This document shows positions 51,246-61,483 of a stretch of 64,000 nt of DNA, in pieces. The DNA comes from Gammaproteobacteria bacterium. GTDB taxonomy: Bacteria > Pseudomonadota > Gammaproteobacteria > JBCCGL01. The notes under the pieces were generated by a model. That model made no database searches. It was not told where the DNA came from and saw nothing but the letters and a program-made list of their open reading frames with translations. The DNA is taken from assembly GCA_965277715.1 (NCBI GenBank), contig OZ255836.1, positions 672,001-736,000 on the forward strand, given 5' to 3'. The number at the start of each line of letters is the position of its first letter. The first letter of the stretch is position 1. The translations under genes and the position numbers were made by a program.

Positions 51246-51627
51246 GGCATGGAAATACTTAAATAGTTGTTTTAAAACAGTACTGAATAGAGCGATCTAA
51301 TCAGGTTTTTTTAGTACTAATAAGTGTTTGACTTTAGAATAATTTCCCTGTGTCAGGCTATAGCTCTTCTATGGTCAGATGGAGTGTAGGTATTAAAATA
51401 GCGGTAAACTGGACTGGTAGTAAGTATTTACTTTGCTTGCGACCAGTTGAATTTTGTAAAAACGCATATTTTGACTGGTGTTAACATCTTCAGCAGTATT
51501 GTAAGAAACACTGCGTTAACCTCATTGTGACGGCTAACTTTGGTGTATTGACTCTGGTCAATTGGACATTTTACACAATAAAGTTCACTATTATCTGTAC
51601 TCTGCACCAAACTATTAAAGATACGGT

Positions 51628-52524
51628 ATGACCCATAAACTGGTTCGCTTTGACTGGGCAATAAAAAAGCTTCTTCGTGATAAAGCTAATTTCGATATTC
51701 TGGAAGGCTTTCTGACGGTAGTGTTGTCGGAACCGGTAGTGATTGAGCAGATTCTGGAAAGCGAATCCAATCAGGAAGCCGGAGGTGATAAGTTTAATAA
51801 AGTCGATTTGTTGGTTAGAAATAGCCGGGACGAGTTGATTATCATTGAAGTTCAGAACAACAAGGAATACGACTACTTCCAGAGAATGCTCTACGGCACG
51901 GCCAAGGTCATTACCGAGTATGTCGAATTGGGGCAGGCCTATGCCCAGGTTAAAAAAGTGTACTCTATTACTGTGGCATACTTTGATTTAGGACAGGGGG
52001 ATGATTATGTATACCATGGTAAAACCGAATTTCGGGGTATTCATAATAAGGAACAGCTACAACTTGCGGCCAAACAAGTAGAACTGTTCAATAAAAACCA
52101 AGTACATGAAATTTACCCCGAATACTGGATTATTAAGGCGGATAAGTTCAATGACCAGGTAGGTGATAATCTGGATGAATGGGTCTATTTTCTAAAACAC
52201 AGTAAAATACCAGAAGAGTTTGATGCGCCTGGATTGTCGGCGGCTAGGGAGAAACTCCACGAGCTGCGTTTATCTGACGCAGAGCGACAACAATATCTGG
52301 CATTTCAAAAGCGCCTTCATGATCTGGCTAGTGAGCGTTTTACCCAGGAAGTTGATTTTGCTGATTTGCTCAAAAAACGTGAACAACAGGGAATAAAGCA
52401 AGGTATTGAACAAGTTGCGATTAGTGGTATAAAAACAGGTTTGGATAATCCAACCATCATGCAACTGACCGGTCTCACAGAAAAACGGGTTAACGCTTTG
52501 AGAACCGGGTTGGAAAAATCGTAA
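51628..52524 (+). CDS. Rpn family recombination-promoting nuclease/putative transposase (PD-(D/E)xK)
   Basis: RFDWAIKKLL, VDLL..IIIEVQ, R.LY, C-terminal QQGIKQGIEQ..I..LTGL. Confidence 0.88.
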   Translation: MTHKLVRFDWAIKKLLRDKANFDILEGFLTVVLSEPVVIEQILESESNQEAGGDKFNKVDLLVRNSRDELIIIEVQNNKEYDYFQRMLYGTAKVITEYVELGQAYAQVKKVYSITVAYFDLGQGDDYVYHGKTEFRGIHNKEQLQLAAKQVELFNKNQVHEIYPEYWIIKADKFNDQVGDNLDEWVYFLKHSKIPEEFDAPGLSAAREKLHELRLSDAERQQYLAFQKRLHDLASERFTQEVDFADLLKKREQQGIKQGIEQVAISGIKTGLDNPTIMQLTGLTEKRVNALRTGLEKS

Positions 52525-52590
52525 ATAGTAATATACGGTTAAGGTGTTAGAAATTTTCAATAAAAAATCCATTGTCACTGGCTAAAATCT

Positions 52591-52720
52591 AGGGGTGTTC
52601 TCAATTACCTAGGCAAGGATCGATTGTGAGGTCTTTTTTGTGCTGGCAAGGCGTAATAAGGAGTAATAGTGGTTCTATTGCGACGAATTCTAATGCAGTT
52701 AGCGCGGCAAATAAGTGCGG
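52591..52720 (+). mobile_element. MITE copy (right end degenerate)
   Basis: aggggtgttctcaattacct..gattgtgagg..tgtgctggcaagg..taatag.ggttctattgcgac is homologous to the reverse complement of 63602-63761. Confidence 0.8.
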
Positions 52721-52849
52721 TTTGGCTGGTGTTAGCACCCGATGCTTCACTGATTAATTCAGACTGAATATTCGCAGGTATTGTAGGACAGACTATATCT
52801 CTATTCTGTCCCTGTAGCCTCTTCGTTATAGCGCTTTTGGCACACCCTG

Positions 52850-54355
52850 TTACTGTGTTTTTCTGGGGTAGAAAAATTCCAATGGCTCCGGTATTCCACA
52901 ACTGTTGATTATGCGTGCATGTTCACGCCGAAGCGACCGGGGTTCTCTGGCACCACACGAATGGGCGATAATCTCCACTTCCTTGGTCATATTCAGCGCA
53001 TAGGCTTTAACCCGCTCTGCTTTATTGGTGGGATCCAAGCCTTTCTGCAATTTCTTGTTATGCGTGGTGATCCCGGTAGGGCAGGTGTTTTTGTTGCATT
53101 GCAGGGCTTGGATACAACCCAGTGAAAACATGAAACCACGGGCGGTGTTGACAAAATCGACACCAACGCAAAGCGCCCATGCCACTGCAGAGGGGTTAAT
53201 CAACTTGCCTGATGCAATGAGTTTTATCCGGCCCTTGAGATCGTGATCCACTAGCGTATCCACGACCAGCGGTAGACTGATTTTGAGCGGCATGCCCATA
53301 AAATCCATCAGGCTCTGCGGCGCAGCTCCCGTGCCACCATCGGCGCTATCGACAGTGATAAAATCTGGAGCGGATTGTTTACCGCGCTCGTTAATCTTGA
53401 CACATAACGCTTCCAGCCAGCCGATATCGCCAATAACGGTTTTGAAACCAACCGGTTTGCCAGTTATTTCACGAATATGATGAATTTTGTCCAGTAAGTT
53501 ATCCAGGCTGCGAATATCGGTATGACCATTGGGGCTGATAGAATCTTCGCCTATCGGGATACCGCGAATAGCGGAGATTTCTGGCGTTACCTTACCGCCG
53601 GGAAGAATGCCACCTTTACCGGGTTTAGCCCCCTGGCTGAGTTTGATTTCAAACATCCGAATCTGCTCATGTGCAGCGATGATTTTTAAGCGCTCGTCCG
53701 ACAAATTGCCCGCCTCATCCCGCACACCGTATTTAGCGGTGCCGATCTGAAAAATAACATCACACCCCCCAGCCAGGTGATGATCGGATAGGCCACCTTC
53801 TCCCGTGTTCATCCAGATCCCCGCTGCTTTCGCACCGTTTGACAAAGCCAGCACCGCAGGTGTTGAAAGTGCGCCGTAGCTCATCGCGGATATGTTGATA
53901 ATAGCGTTAGTGGTAAAAGGCGTGCGCGCCACGCCCTCGCCAACCGTCACACTGGCCGGCGGGATGATCTCCTTTTTCAGTACCGGAAAAATATCGTTCA
54001 CGAAAATAACGTCACCGGGGCGGTCTAAGGGGTGGGTGGAACCGAAGGCCACTGTGGTATCAGTATTTTTTGCAGCGCGGTATGCCCAGGACCTTTCGGC
54101 GCGGTTAAACGGTAGCTCCTCACGATCCATAGCAAAAAAATACTGGCGAAAAAATTCACCCATATGTTCAAAAAAGTAGCGAAATCGACCGATAACAGGG
54201 TAATTTCTGCGTATCGTTTGGTCTTTCTGGGTTACATCGACAATATAGAGATACAGTATAAACAGCAGCGCCAAGCCGAAGCAAAATACCAGTAAGAGTG
54301 AGGAAAACTCTATTATGTCCATCGACCAACGTTGAAATACATCTAAGTGCTGCAT
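52850..54355 (-). CDS. FMN-binding glutamate synthase family protein
   Basis: SAMSYGALS, NTGEGG, EIKLSQGAKPGKGG, GGTGAAP, GCIQALQC..CPTG. Confidence 0.92.
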   Translation of the reverse strand: MQHLDVFQRWSMDIIEFSSLLLVFCFGLALLFILYLYIVDVTQKDQTIRRNYPVIGRFRYFFEHMGEFFRQYFFAMDREELPFNRAERSWAYRAAKNTDTTVAFGSTHPLDRPGDVIFVNDIFPVLKKEIIPPASVTVGEGVARTPFTTNAIINISAMSYGALSTPAVLALSNGAKAAGIWMNTGEGGLSDHHLAGGCDVIFQIGTAKYGVRDEAGNLSDERLKIIAAHEQIRMFEIKLSQGAKPGKGGILPGGKVTPEISAIRGIPIGEDSISPNGHTDIRSLDNLLDKIHHIREITGKPVGFKTVIGDIGWLEALCVKINERGKQSAPDFITVDSADGGTGAAPQSLMDFMGMPLKISLPLVVDTLVDHDLKGRIKLIASGKLINPSAVAWALCVGVDFVNTARGFMFSLGCIQALQCNKNTCPTGITTHNKKLQKGLDPTNKAERVKAYALNMTKEVEIIAHSCGAREPRSLRREHARIINSCGIPEPLEFFYPRKTQ

Positions 54356-54545
54356 ATCAAACCTCTTTATCTTTTGTTATCAGCATTCTACCGCTTCTCT
54401 AAGCAGAAGTATTAACGTATTTATATAGTTTAGCGGGAATAACCCGTAACGGTAGAGGGCGTGATTAAAACTTGAAAGTAGTTTAACTGTTTGAAAAATA
54501 TGGATTTTTTTATGAATTATTTGGTTGAAGTGGCCTCTGTCAGGG

Positions 54546-56366
54546 CTACCCCCAATTACCTAAAGTATGTCGGCGGTCATCTGTGCTTAACGGTATAACC
54601 GCTTGATGAGGCACTGCCTGTGTACTGCGTACCAGTTGCGGCGCCAGCGCGAGAAACCCAGCTTTCGTCTGTTCGTCTTTAATCGCTTGGTTAAACATCG
54701 CCGGGCTTACCCAGCTTATTTTGCCCGATTCCATGCAGGCGTAAATCACCGCTGTATCGCGGTCGACGAAGTTCAGTTTTGGAATTTTTTGCGCACAGCG
54801 TTTCAGAAAACAGGTGTTGTGCTTCGCCAACATGGCCTCTTTATTCAGATACACTTGCTCTGGGCTGGCGGCATCGATATTGATTTTTGTGTAGCGGTCG
54901 ATGTCGATCATGCATTTGAAGTCGAGAATGTTCATTTCGTCGTTGAAGCCAAAAGCGATAGTGCGTGGTTGATCGCCTTTGCCTACGCTGTTGTCGAGAA
55001 ATTCGTAGTGCACAGATTTGTCCTTGCGTTGCGCCCAGGTAAAAAATAGCCGTGGTATGCCCGTAAAAGCTTCAATGTTGTGGTCTAGTAGATCATCTAC
55101 GGCTTTGTAACGCCCCACCTGATTGCCGCGTTTCCAGGCGCGCTCTACGGTGGCTTCAGGCGGCGTTATCATAAACACCAGATAAACAGTGTGGCCAAAC
55201 CGGGTGAGTAGGTTGCTGCCTGTTTCGGTCTGTGGTTCAGAGGGGTGACGACCAGAGGCAAAGCTATCAAATCGAAAGCGGTCGATAAGTAAGTGAGACA
55301 TTCGCCTCTGTTTGGCTTTGTTACTCATATAGCGGTCAAGTTTTTTATCGACAATCGGCAACTCATCGCCGGTCAGGGTGCCTGCATATTTGCCTATATC
55401 GCCCAACGAGGCGTAGTCCAGCAAATACTTACGCCATATGTCCGGGCTTATCAGGGCGAAATCCTCCCATTTAATACCCAACTCTTTGGCAAGCATTTTT
55501 TGCCTGGGGCGCATGGTGCTTTTTCCCGATGCAGATGCACCTTTTATATTGATGACTACCGGCTGCGGTTGTACTGGCAGTAGGCGATAGTCGGCTTCTT
55601 TATTGACAGCCTCGTAAATGTAGGGAGCGATAGTACGGCCAATCGCGTCGCTGCCGTAGTCATTGCTGACCAGTGTTGTGGCCAGCTTTACCAATAGTGT
55701 CCTGTCGCCACACAAGCGCCCATGTTTTATACAAATTGCTTTGGCTATTTTGTTTAATGCGCGGTAGATCGCTTTGTTGAGCGGCCCATCCCCGGTTTTG
55801 GCTTTTTGCTGCCACCGGTCGAGGATGCGCTGTTCACGTAACTCAGGCGGCTCGGCTTTAGTCGCTTTTTTTGTTTTAAACAGCCCAAACAGATACCCGG
55901 TTGCTTGGTTGTTTTGAGGCTTGACTGGCTGTGCAAATAAGCTGGTGGATAATTCAGTATCAAGCAGAGACTGAATTTGTTGGTTCAGTTGTTTGTGCGA
56001 TTGCACAATGTCTGGCATATGTGGGTCTATATAGGCTGATAATATTCTACTGACTACAGCGCGAAAGTTGACTCCCAGGTCTTCGTATTTGCAACCATCT
56101 GATACAAACAGGTCGGCTGATACGCGAATTAATAGCTCGTGTACAACCAGCCGCTGTGGTTGAAACTGAACCAGTTCCTGGAGGGGAAGCCCGGTAAAAT
56201 CACTTAATTCCTTTGCGGTTTGAATTGATGTGCTGACATTTTCTTTGCGAAATATCGTCGATAGTGGCAAGTAATTTACGGGGAGTTGCGACTGGATACC
56301 TGGATTCCAGGGGCCATATTGTTCTTCTTGGCTGAGTTCTATGGTCATAACACATAATCGAGACAC
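54546..56366 (-). CDS. P-loop NTPase/kinase-like protein (zeta-toxin-like domain) of unknown function
   Basis: NIKGASASGKST Walker A; ISPD..K; ERA..RG..GR lid-like motif. Confidence 0.65.
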   Translation of the reverse strand: MSRLCVMTIELSQEEQYGPWNPGIQSQLPVNYLPLSTIFRKENVSTSIQTAKELSDFTGLPLQELVQFQPQRLVVHELLIRVSADLFVSDGCKYEDLGVNFRAVVSRILSAYIDPHMPDIVQSHKQLNQQIQSLLDTELSTSLFAQPVKPQNNQATGYLFGLFKTKKATKAEPPELREQRILDRWQQKAKTGDGPLNKAIYRALNKIAKAICIKHGRLCGDRTLLVKLATTLVSNDYGSDAIGRTIAPYIYEAVNKEADYRLLPVQPQPVVINIKGASASGKSTMRPRQKMLAKELGIKWEDFALISPDIWRKYLLDYASLGDIGKYAGTLTGDELPIVDKKLDRYMSNKAKQRRMSHLLIDRFRFDSFASGRHPSEPQTETGSNLLTRFGHTVYLVFMITPPEATVERAWKRGNQVGRYKAVDDLLDHNIEAFTGIPRLFFTWAQRKDKSVHYEFLDNSVGKGDQPRTIAFGFNDEMNILDFKCMIDIDRYTKINIDAASPEQVYLNKEAMLAKHNTCFLKRCAQKIPKLNFVDRDTAVIYACMESGKISWVSPAMFNQAIKDEQTKAGFLALAPQLVRSTQAVPHQAVIPLSTDDRRHTLGNWG

Positions 56367-56435
56367 AGTTGTTAAACGAAGCCGCTACGTATGGCCTGTC
56401 TTTATTTGTTATGTATAGCCCTTATATGTGGAGAT

Positions 56436-57356
56436 TTAACCACCGAGTGACTCACCGATGTTAAACCCACTGCTGATGGCATAATCTGAGGCGCTGATTT
56501 TGCCTGCACCGGTGGGCCGTACACGGCTTATCAACACGCCTTGTGTATCACCTGTAGCAATCAAAATACCCGCATCACTGATATTAACGATAGTGCCAGG
56601 CTTTCCCTGTACATCGTCAACACAACGGCTGTCGTAAATTTGCAGGGTTGTGCCCTGGTGTGTTGTCCAGGCGCCCGGTTGCGGGTTGGCAGCGCGAATT
56701 GTGTTGTAGATGGTCGTTGCCGGTTTGTGCCAGTCAACTTCTGCCTGTGCCTTGCCAAACCAGGATTCGTAGCTGCCTTCATCAAGGTTTTGTTTGATGC
56801 GGGGTGCGGTGCCCGCTTTAACCTGATCGAGGGATTCGATCATGGCGTCCACACCCATGGGGAACAGTTTTTTGAAATAGACATCGCCGAGTGTTTCATC
56901 CGGGCCAATCTCACAGGTTTTTTGCATCAATATCTCACCTTCATCAAGACCCTCGTTAGGCCAGAATATCGATAGGCCGGTGTGTGTTGACCCCATCGCT
57001 ATGGGCCAGTTGATCGATGAGGGGCCACGGTGTAGGGGAAGCAGGGAAGGGTGGTATTGAAAAGAACCCAGTTTGGGGGCGTCGAGCACCGATTGAGGAA
57101 TGAATAATAGTACATAGGCCATGATGCATATATCCGCATCAAAAGACTGCATCAACGCCAGGGATTCAGGTGCTTTCCAGGAAGCGGGCTGGTGCACTGG
57201 CAGGCCTTTTTCCAGTGCCAGTTCTTTTAGCGGGTCGAGCGGCCTGCCTTCTTTATCGGGTGCGGTGCATACCGCAACGATATTTTCATCGCGTTCCAGC
57301 AGGCGCTCTAATACGCCACGCCCAAAAGCCTGTTGCCCATGTATGACGATACGCAT
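56436..57356 (-). CDS. Formyltransferase family protein (Fmt/10-formyl-THF hydrolase-like)
   Basis: IHGQQAFG, YHPSLLPLHRGPSSINW, LDEG, IRA.NP.PGAW. Confidence 0.88.
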   Translation of the reverse strand: MRIVIHGQQAFGRGVLERLLERDENIVAVCTAPDKEGRPLDPLKELALEKGLPVHQPASWKAPESLALMQSFDADICIMAYVLLFIPQSVLDAPKLGSFQYHPSLLPLHRGPSSINWPIAMGSTHTGLSIFWPNEGLDEGEILMQKTCEIGPDETLGDVYFKKLFPMGVDAMIESLDQVKAGTAPRIKQNLDEGSYESWFGKAQAEVDWHKPATTIYNTIRAANPQPGAWTTHQGTTLQIYDSRCVDDVQGKPGTIVNISDAGILIATGDTQGVLISRVRPTGAGKISASDYAISSGFNIGESLGG

Positions 57357-57368
57357 AGTGATTCGCTC

Positions 57369-58619
57369 CTAAACGGCGCCAGAAGAGTGGATTTCAGCAA
57401 TTTCATCATCGCTGTATTCCAGTACCTGGCTGAGGATTTCATCGGTGTGTTCACCGAGCAGTGGGGAGCGCGTTACCTCCACATCGGAGTCCGATAGTTT
57501 AATTGGACAACCAACACTCAGGTAGCTGCCACGCTCGGGGTGGTCGACTTCGACGATAGTGCCGGTCTCACGCAGTGAAGGTTCCTCGGCGATTTCCTTC
57601 ATGGATAGAATTGGCCCCACCGGAATATCCAGCGGGTTGCAAATATCCATGACCTCGTATTTGGTTTTTGTCATGGTCCATGCTTCGATAGCTGCGAATA
57701 CTTCATTGAGACGCGATAGGCGGGCGGGTGGGGTCGCGTAATCCGGGGCTTCCCGCCATTCAGGCTTACCAATGACATCGCAGATTTTGCCCCAGACGGC
57801 GGCTTGGGTAATAAAGTAGGTATAGGCGTTTGCGTCTGTCTCCCAGCCCTTGCATTTGAGAATACGGCCCGGTTGGCCACCGCCTGAGTCATTGCCGGCA
57901 CGCGGAGTCGCATCATCAAAGGGAATACCTTCACCGTATTGTGAATATTCTTTTAATGGGCCGTGTTTCAGGCGTTGTTGGTCGCGCAGTTTAACCCGGC
58001 ACAGATTGAGCACACCATCCTGCATTGGGGCGAGTACACGCTGCCCACGCCCGGTTTTTTCGCGTTGTAATAGGGCTGCGGTGATCCCCAATGCGAGGTG
58101 TAGGCCAGTACCGGAGTCACCGATTTGCGCACCGGTTACCATGGGTACACCGCCCAGTGCACCTGTGGTCGAGGCGGCGCCTCCAGCACACTGTGCAACG
58201 TTTTCGTAGACTTTGCAGTCTTCGTAAGGGCCGGGGCCGAAGCCTTTGACTGAGGCCATGATCATGCGTGGGTTGAGTGCCTGAATACGCTCCCAGCTAA
58301 ACCCCATGCGATCCAGTGCGCCGGGGGCAAAATTTTCCACCAATACATCGCACTTCCTGACCAGCCGTTCGAGCACTTGTTTGCCGGTTTCATTTTTAGA
58401 GTTGAGTGTGAGCGAACGTTTATTGTGGTTGAGCATAGTGAAATAGAGACTGTCTGCACCTTCAACATCGACCAATTGCTTGCGAGTGGCATCGCCAACA
58501 CCAGGGCGCTCCACTTTAATCACATCGGCGCCCATCCAGGCCAATAACTGGGTACAGGTAGGGCCGGACTGGACATGGGTAAAGTCCAGAATTCTTAAAC
58601 CATCGAGTGCTTTAGACAT
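57369..58619 (-). CDS. frc: Formyl-CoA transferase
   Basis: [58 protein letters not shown]. Confidence 0.92.
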   Translation of the reverse strand: MSKALDGLRILDFTHVQSGPTCTQLLAWMGADVIKVERPGVGDATRKQLVDVEGADSLYFTMLNHNKRSLTLNSKNETGKQVLERLVRKCDVLVENFAPGALDRMGFSWERIQALNPRMIMASVKGFGPGPYEDCKVYENVAQCAGGAASTTGALGGVPMVTGAQIGDSGTGLHLALGITAALLQREKTGRGQRVLAPMQDGVLNLCRVKLRDQQRLKHGPLKEYSQYGEGIPFDDATPRAGNDSGGGQPGRILKCKGWETDANAYTYFITQAAVWGKICDVIGKPEWREAPDYATPPARLSRLNEVFAAIEAWTMTKTKYEVMDICNPLDIPVGPILSMKEIAEEPSLRETGTIVEVDHPERGSYLSVGCPIKLSDSDVEVTRSPLLGEHTDEILSQVLEYSDDEIAEIHSSGAV

Positions 58620-58670
58620 TGCTTACCTCTATAAAAATTACGCTGAATAAATACTAGGCGCTACCGGTAC

Positions 58671-60425
58671 TTATTTATACATTGTTTGCGCTTTGGTGCC
58701 GGGCGCGTATTCATTCGGGTCGACCCAGACATTGACCACAGCACATTTGCCGGTTTTGGCGATGGCTTCGCGGGCGCGCAGCAGGGCGGGTTGAATATCT
58801 TTTGCCTCGTGCACCTCTTCACCGTAACCGCCAATCATTTTTCCAAATTGCGAAAAGGGCACGTCACCCAGTTTGTTACCCACATCGCCACGTTCCTGGC
58901 CGTATTTCGCCAGTTGTCCATAGCGAATCTGATTCATCGCTGAGTTGTTACCGACAACAGCCAGATAGGGTGCGCCAAAACGCTGGGCGGTTTCCATATC
59001 AAATGCCGTCATACCAAACGCCCCATCCCCGTAGAGGCACACCACCTCTTTATTTGGGTGTGCCAGCTTGGCCGCCATTGAAAAACCTGTACCAACACCC
59101 AGCGAGCCGAGTGCGCCCGGATCCATCCACTGGCCGGGGTTACGTGGCCGCACGGCCTGGGCAGAGATGGTCACAATATCACCACCATCACCAATGTAAA
59201 TGGTGTCTTCACCCAGAAATTCATTTATTTCGTAGGCGAGCCGGTAAGGGTGGATTGGGCTCTGATCGGTGGTAAACATCGGCATTAGCTTTTCCCGTTT
59301 TGCCGCTTCGATTTTGCGCAGTTCGGCCATCCAGTTTTGACGGTCTTGCCGTGCGCCCTGATCAATGCGCCCAGAGGCCGCCTGTTCAACGGCGGCCAAA
59401 ATAGCGCCGGGATCACCGACTAACCCCAGGCTAATGTCCCGGTTTTTACCAACAGTGGCGTAGCTTTGATCAATCTGTACCAGTGTCGCTTGCGGGGAGA
59501 TTCGCTTGCCATACCCCATTCTGAAGTCGAAGGGGGTGCCGACGATAAGAATGACATCGGCATTTTTAAACGCATCACTGCGGGTACGGTCAAAATGATG
59601 CGCATCACCCTGCGGCAGCATGCCCCGGCTGGCGCCATTCATATAGGCGGGAATATCCAGGGCGCGCACACAGCTAATCGCCGCCTCGTGCCCTTGCGCT
59701 GCCCACACCTGCTGCCCCAACAGTACAGCCGGTCGTTTGGCTTTGACCAATATATCGGCCAGTTTTTCAATATCGGCGGGGTCGCCAATCGCATTAACCG
59801 ATGCCCGATACCTGCCGGGCTTAGGAATGACAGCCGACTCGGTTGGAATTTCACGGTCGAGAATATCGCGTGGAATTTCCAAGTAGGAGGGACCGTAGGC
59901 ACCATTGAAGCACTCGCGTGCCGCCATCGAAACCATATCGGCAACACGCTCGGTGGAGAAAACACCCGAAGCGAATTTGGTGATGGGGGTCATCATATCG
60001 ACGTGAGGTAAGTCTTGTAGTGAACCCATTTTGTGTTGACCGAGTGAACTTTGACCACCGATGTGGAGTATCGGACTCTCCGAGCGAAAGGCGGTCGCCA
60101 CGCCGGTAACGGCATTAGTGCAACCGGGACCCGCTGTGGTGACAACACAACCTAGTTTACCTGTTTGGCGAGCGTAGCCGTCTGCGGCGTGGGCAGCGGT
60201 TTGCTCGTGGCGCACATCGACAATACGGATGCCTTCATCGAGGCAGCCATCGTAGATGTCGATAATATGGCCGCCACACAGGGTGAAAACAGTATCCACA
60301 CCTTCGGCTTTAAGGGCCTTGGCTACCAGATGACCACCGGAGATAACCGAGCCGTCCTTGTTTTTTTGTTTCAGGGTGTCGCTGGCCGTATCTGACATTG
60401 ATTTGTTTTCATTGCCTGTAGTCAT
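58671..60425 (-). CDS. ThDP-dependent enzyme, oxalyl-CoA decarboxylase/2-hydroxyacyl-CoA lyase family
   Basis: FTLCGGHI, RHEQ, TAGPG, PGALGSLGVG, GDGAFG..NN. Confidence 0.85.
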   Translation of the reverse strand: MTTGNENKSMSDTASDTLKQKNKDGSVISGGHLVAKALKAEGVDTVFTLCGGHIIDIYDGCLDEGIRIVDVRHEQTAAHAADGYARQTGKLGCVVTTAGPGCTNAVTGVATAFRSESPILHIGGQSSLGQHKMGSLQDLPHVDMMTPITKFASGVFSTERVADMVSMAARECFNGAYGPSYLEIPRDILDREIPTESAVIPKPGRYRASVNAIGDPADIEKLADILVKAKRPAVLLGQQVWAAQGHEAAISCVRALDIPAYMNGASRGMLPQGDAHHFDRTRSDAFKNADVILIVGTPFDFRMGYGKRISPQATLVQIDQSYATVGKNRDISLGLVGDPGAILAAVEQAASGRIDQGARQDRQNWMAELRKIEAAKREKLMPMFTTDQSPIHPYRLAYEINEFLGEDTIYIGDGGDIVTISAQAVRPRNPGQWMDPGALGSLGVGTGFSMAAKLAHPNKEVVCLYGDGAFGMTAFDMETAQRFGAPYLAVVGNNSAMNQIRYGQLAKYGQERGDVGNKLGDVPFSQFGKMIGGYGEEVHEAKDIQPALLRAREAIAKTGKCAVVNVWVDPNEYAPGTKAQTMYK

Positions 60426-60540
60426 TGTTTATCTCCCGATAAATACGTGTTGTTGGCCGTGTCATTGAACAGCCAAAATAAATAAAAGACCTATGTGGCA
60501 ATACGGTGGCTGTTCACCGCAAACCAGGCCATCGGTGATG

Positions 60541-61227
60541 CTATTTAAGATAGTCCACGTATTTTTCAACGTGTTTCGCCAGCTCCAGTGCGTGGTCGCG
60601 CACCAGTTGCTCTGCGTGGTAGGCGTCCCGTTCTTCAATCGCCTCGATAATCCGAATGTGATCGATCACTGAACGCGATACCCTGTCGCGCTCTTTAATT
60701 GTGCTGGTGCGGATAGCGCGCATATGAAAAAACAATTGATCCGACATTTGTTTAATGAGGGGGGATTTCCCCAGTTTGATAATCGTTTGGTGAAAGTTGA
60801 TATTGGTATCGGAGTACTCATCGATATGGGCGCGTACCTCATCGGTATCGTCAAAGGTGGCAAATACCGTGCGTAGATGGGCTATTTCCGCATCGCTGGA
60901 GCGCACTGTTGCCAGCCTTGCCGCCATACTTTCCAGGGCGGCCCAGACGTCAATTATGTCCAGTACTTCGTCTTTGGTTTTGCGTACCACGAAGGCCCCA
61001 CGGCGGGGAATGGTTTTTACCAGGCCCTCTTGCTCAAGCCGGGATATAGCCTCGCGGACGGGGGTTCGGCTAACCCCAAGTTGATCTCCGAGCGCACGCT
61101 CATCCAGCCGGGGGGGTTCATGGTTGGAGTAAATATCCATATGGCTAATGACTTCCTTGAGTGCATCATAGACACGTGCCTTAAGCACTTTTGTTGGTTC
61201 CAGCGGTAAAATGGCTACTGTCATCAC
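60541..61227 (-). CDS. GntR (FadR/FCD) transcriptional regulator
   Basis: LGVSRTPVREA..L.QEG, FH, H..I..AI. Confidence 0.92.
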   Translation of the reverse strand: MMTVAILPLEPTKVLKARVYDALKEVISHMDIYSNHEPPRLDERALGDQLGVSRTPVREAISRLEQEGLVKTIPRRGAFVVRKTKDEVLDIIDVWAALESMAARLATVRSSDAEIAHLRTVFATFDDTDEVRAHIDEYSDTNINFHQTIIKLGKSPLIKQMSDQLFFHMRAIRTSTIKERDRVSRSVIDHIRIIEAIEERDAYHAEQLVRDHALELAKHVEKYVDYLK

Positions 61228-61373
61228 TCAATTTCCAGCCAGTAAGCTTTCATCAATCGGTTAACCAACTAAGAATGACTCACACACTGAAAATAAAATG
61301 CTTTACCTTCAGTGTTATAAAACACGCTCGTGGCAACTCAAACGATTGTTAAGTTAAAAGGTGTTATGTGTAT

Positions 61374-61392
61374 TTGGTATACAATATACCAA
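61374..61392. promoter_or_regulatory. Putative GntR operator
   Basis: TTGGTATA-caa-TATACCAA palindrome upstream of gntR. Confidence 0.6.
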
Positions 61393-61483
61393 TGCTTATT
61401 TTGAATCAAGAAAGACATGCCGCTATCCAGTTTTTATAAGCACTTAAAAATAGCGGTTGGCTTTTGATGTGCTTTTAGGCGTT

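Noticed and set aside
56436-57356. Calling this gene fmt
   Set aside because: It lacks the FAGTPEFA N-terminus and def/rsmB context.
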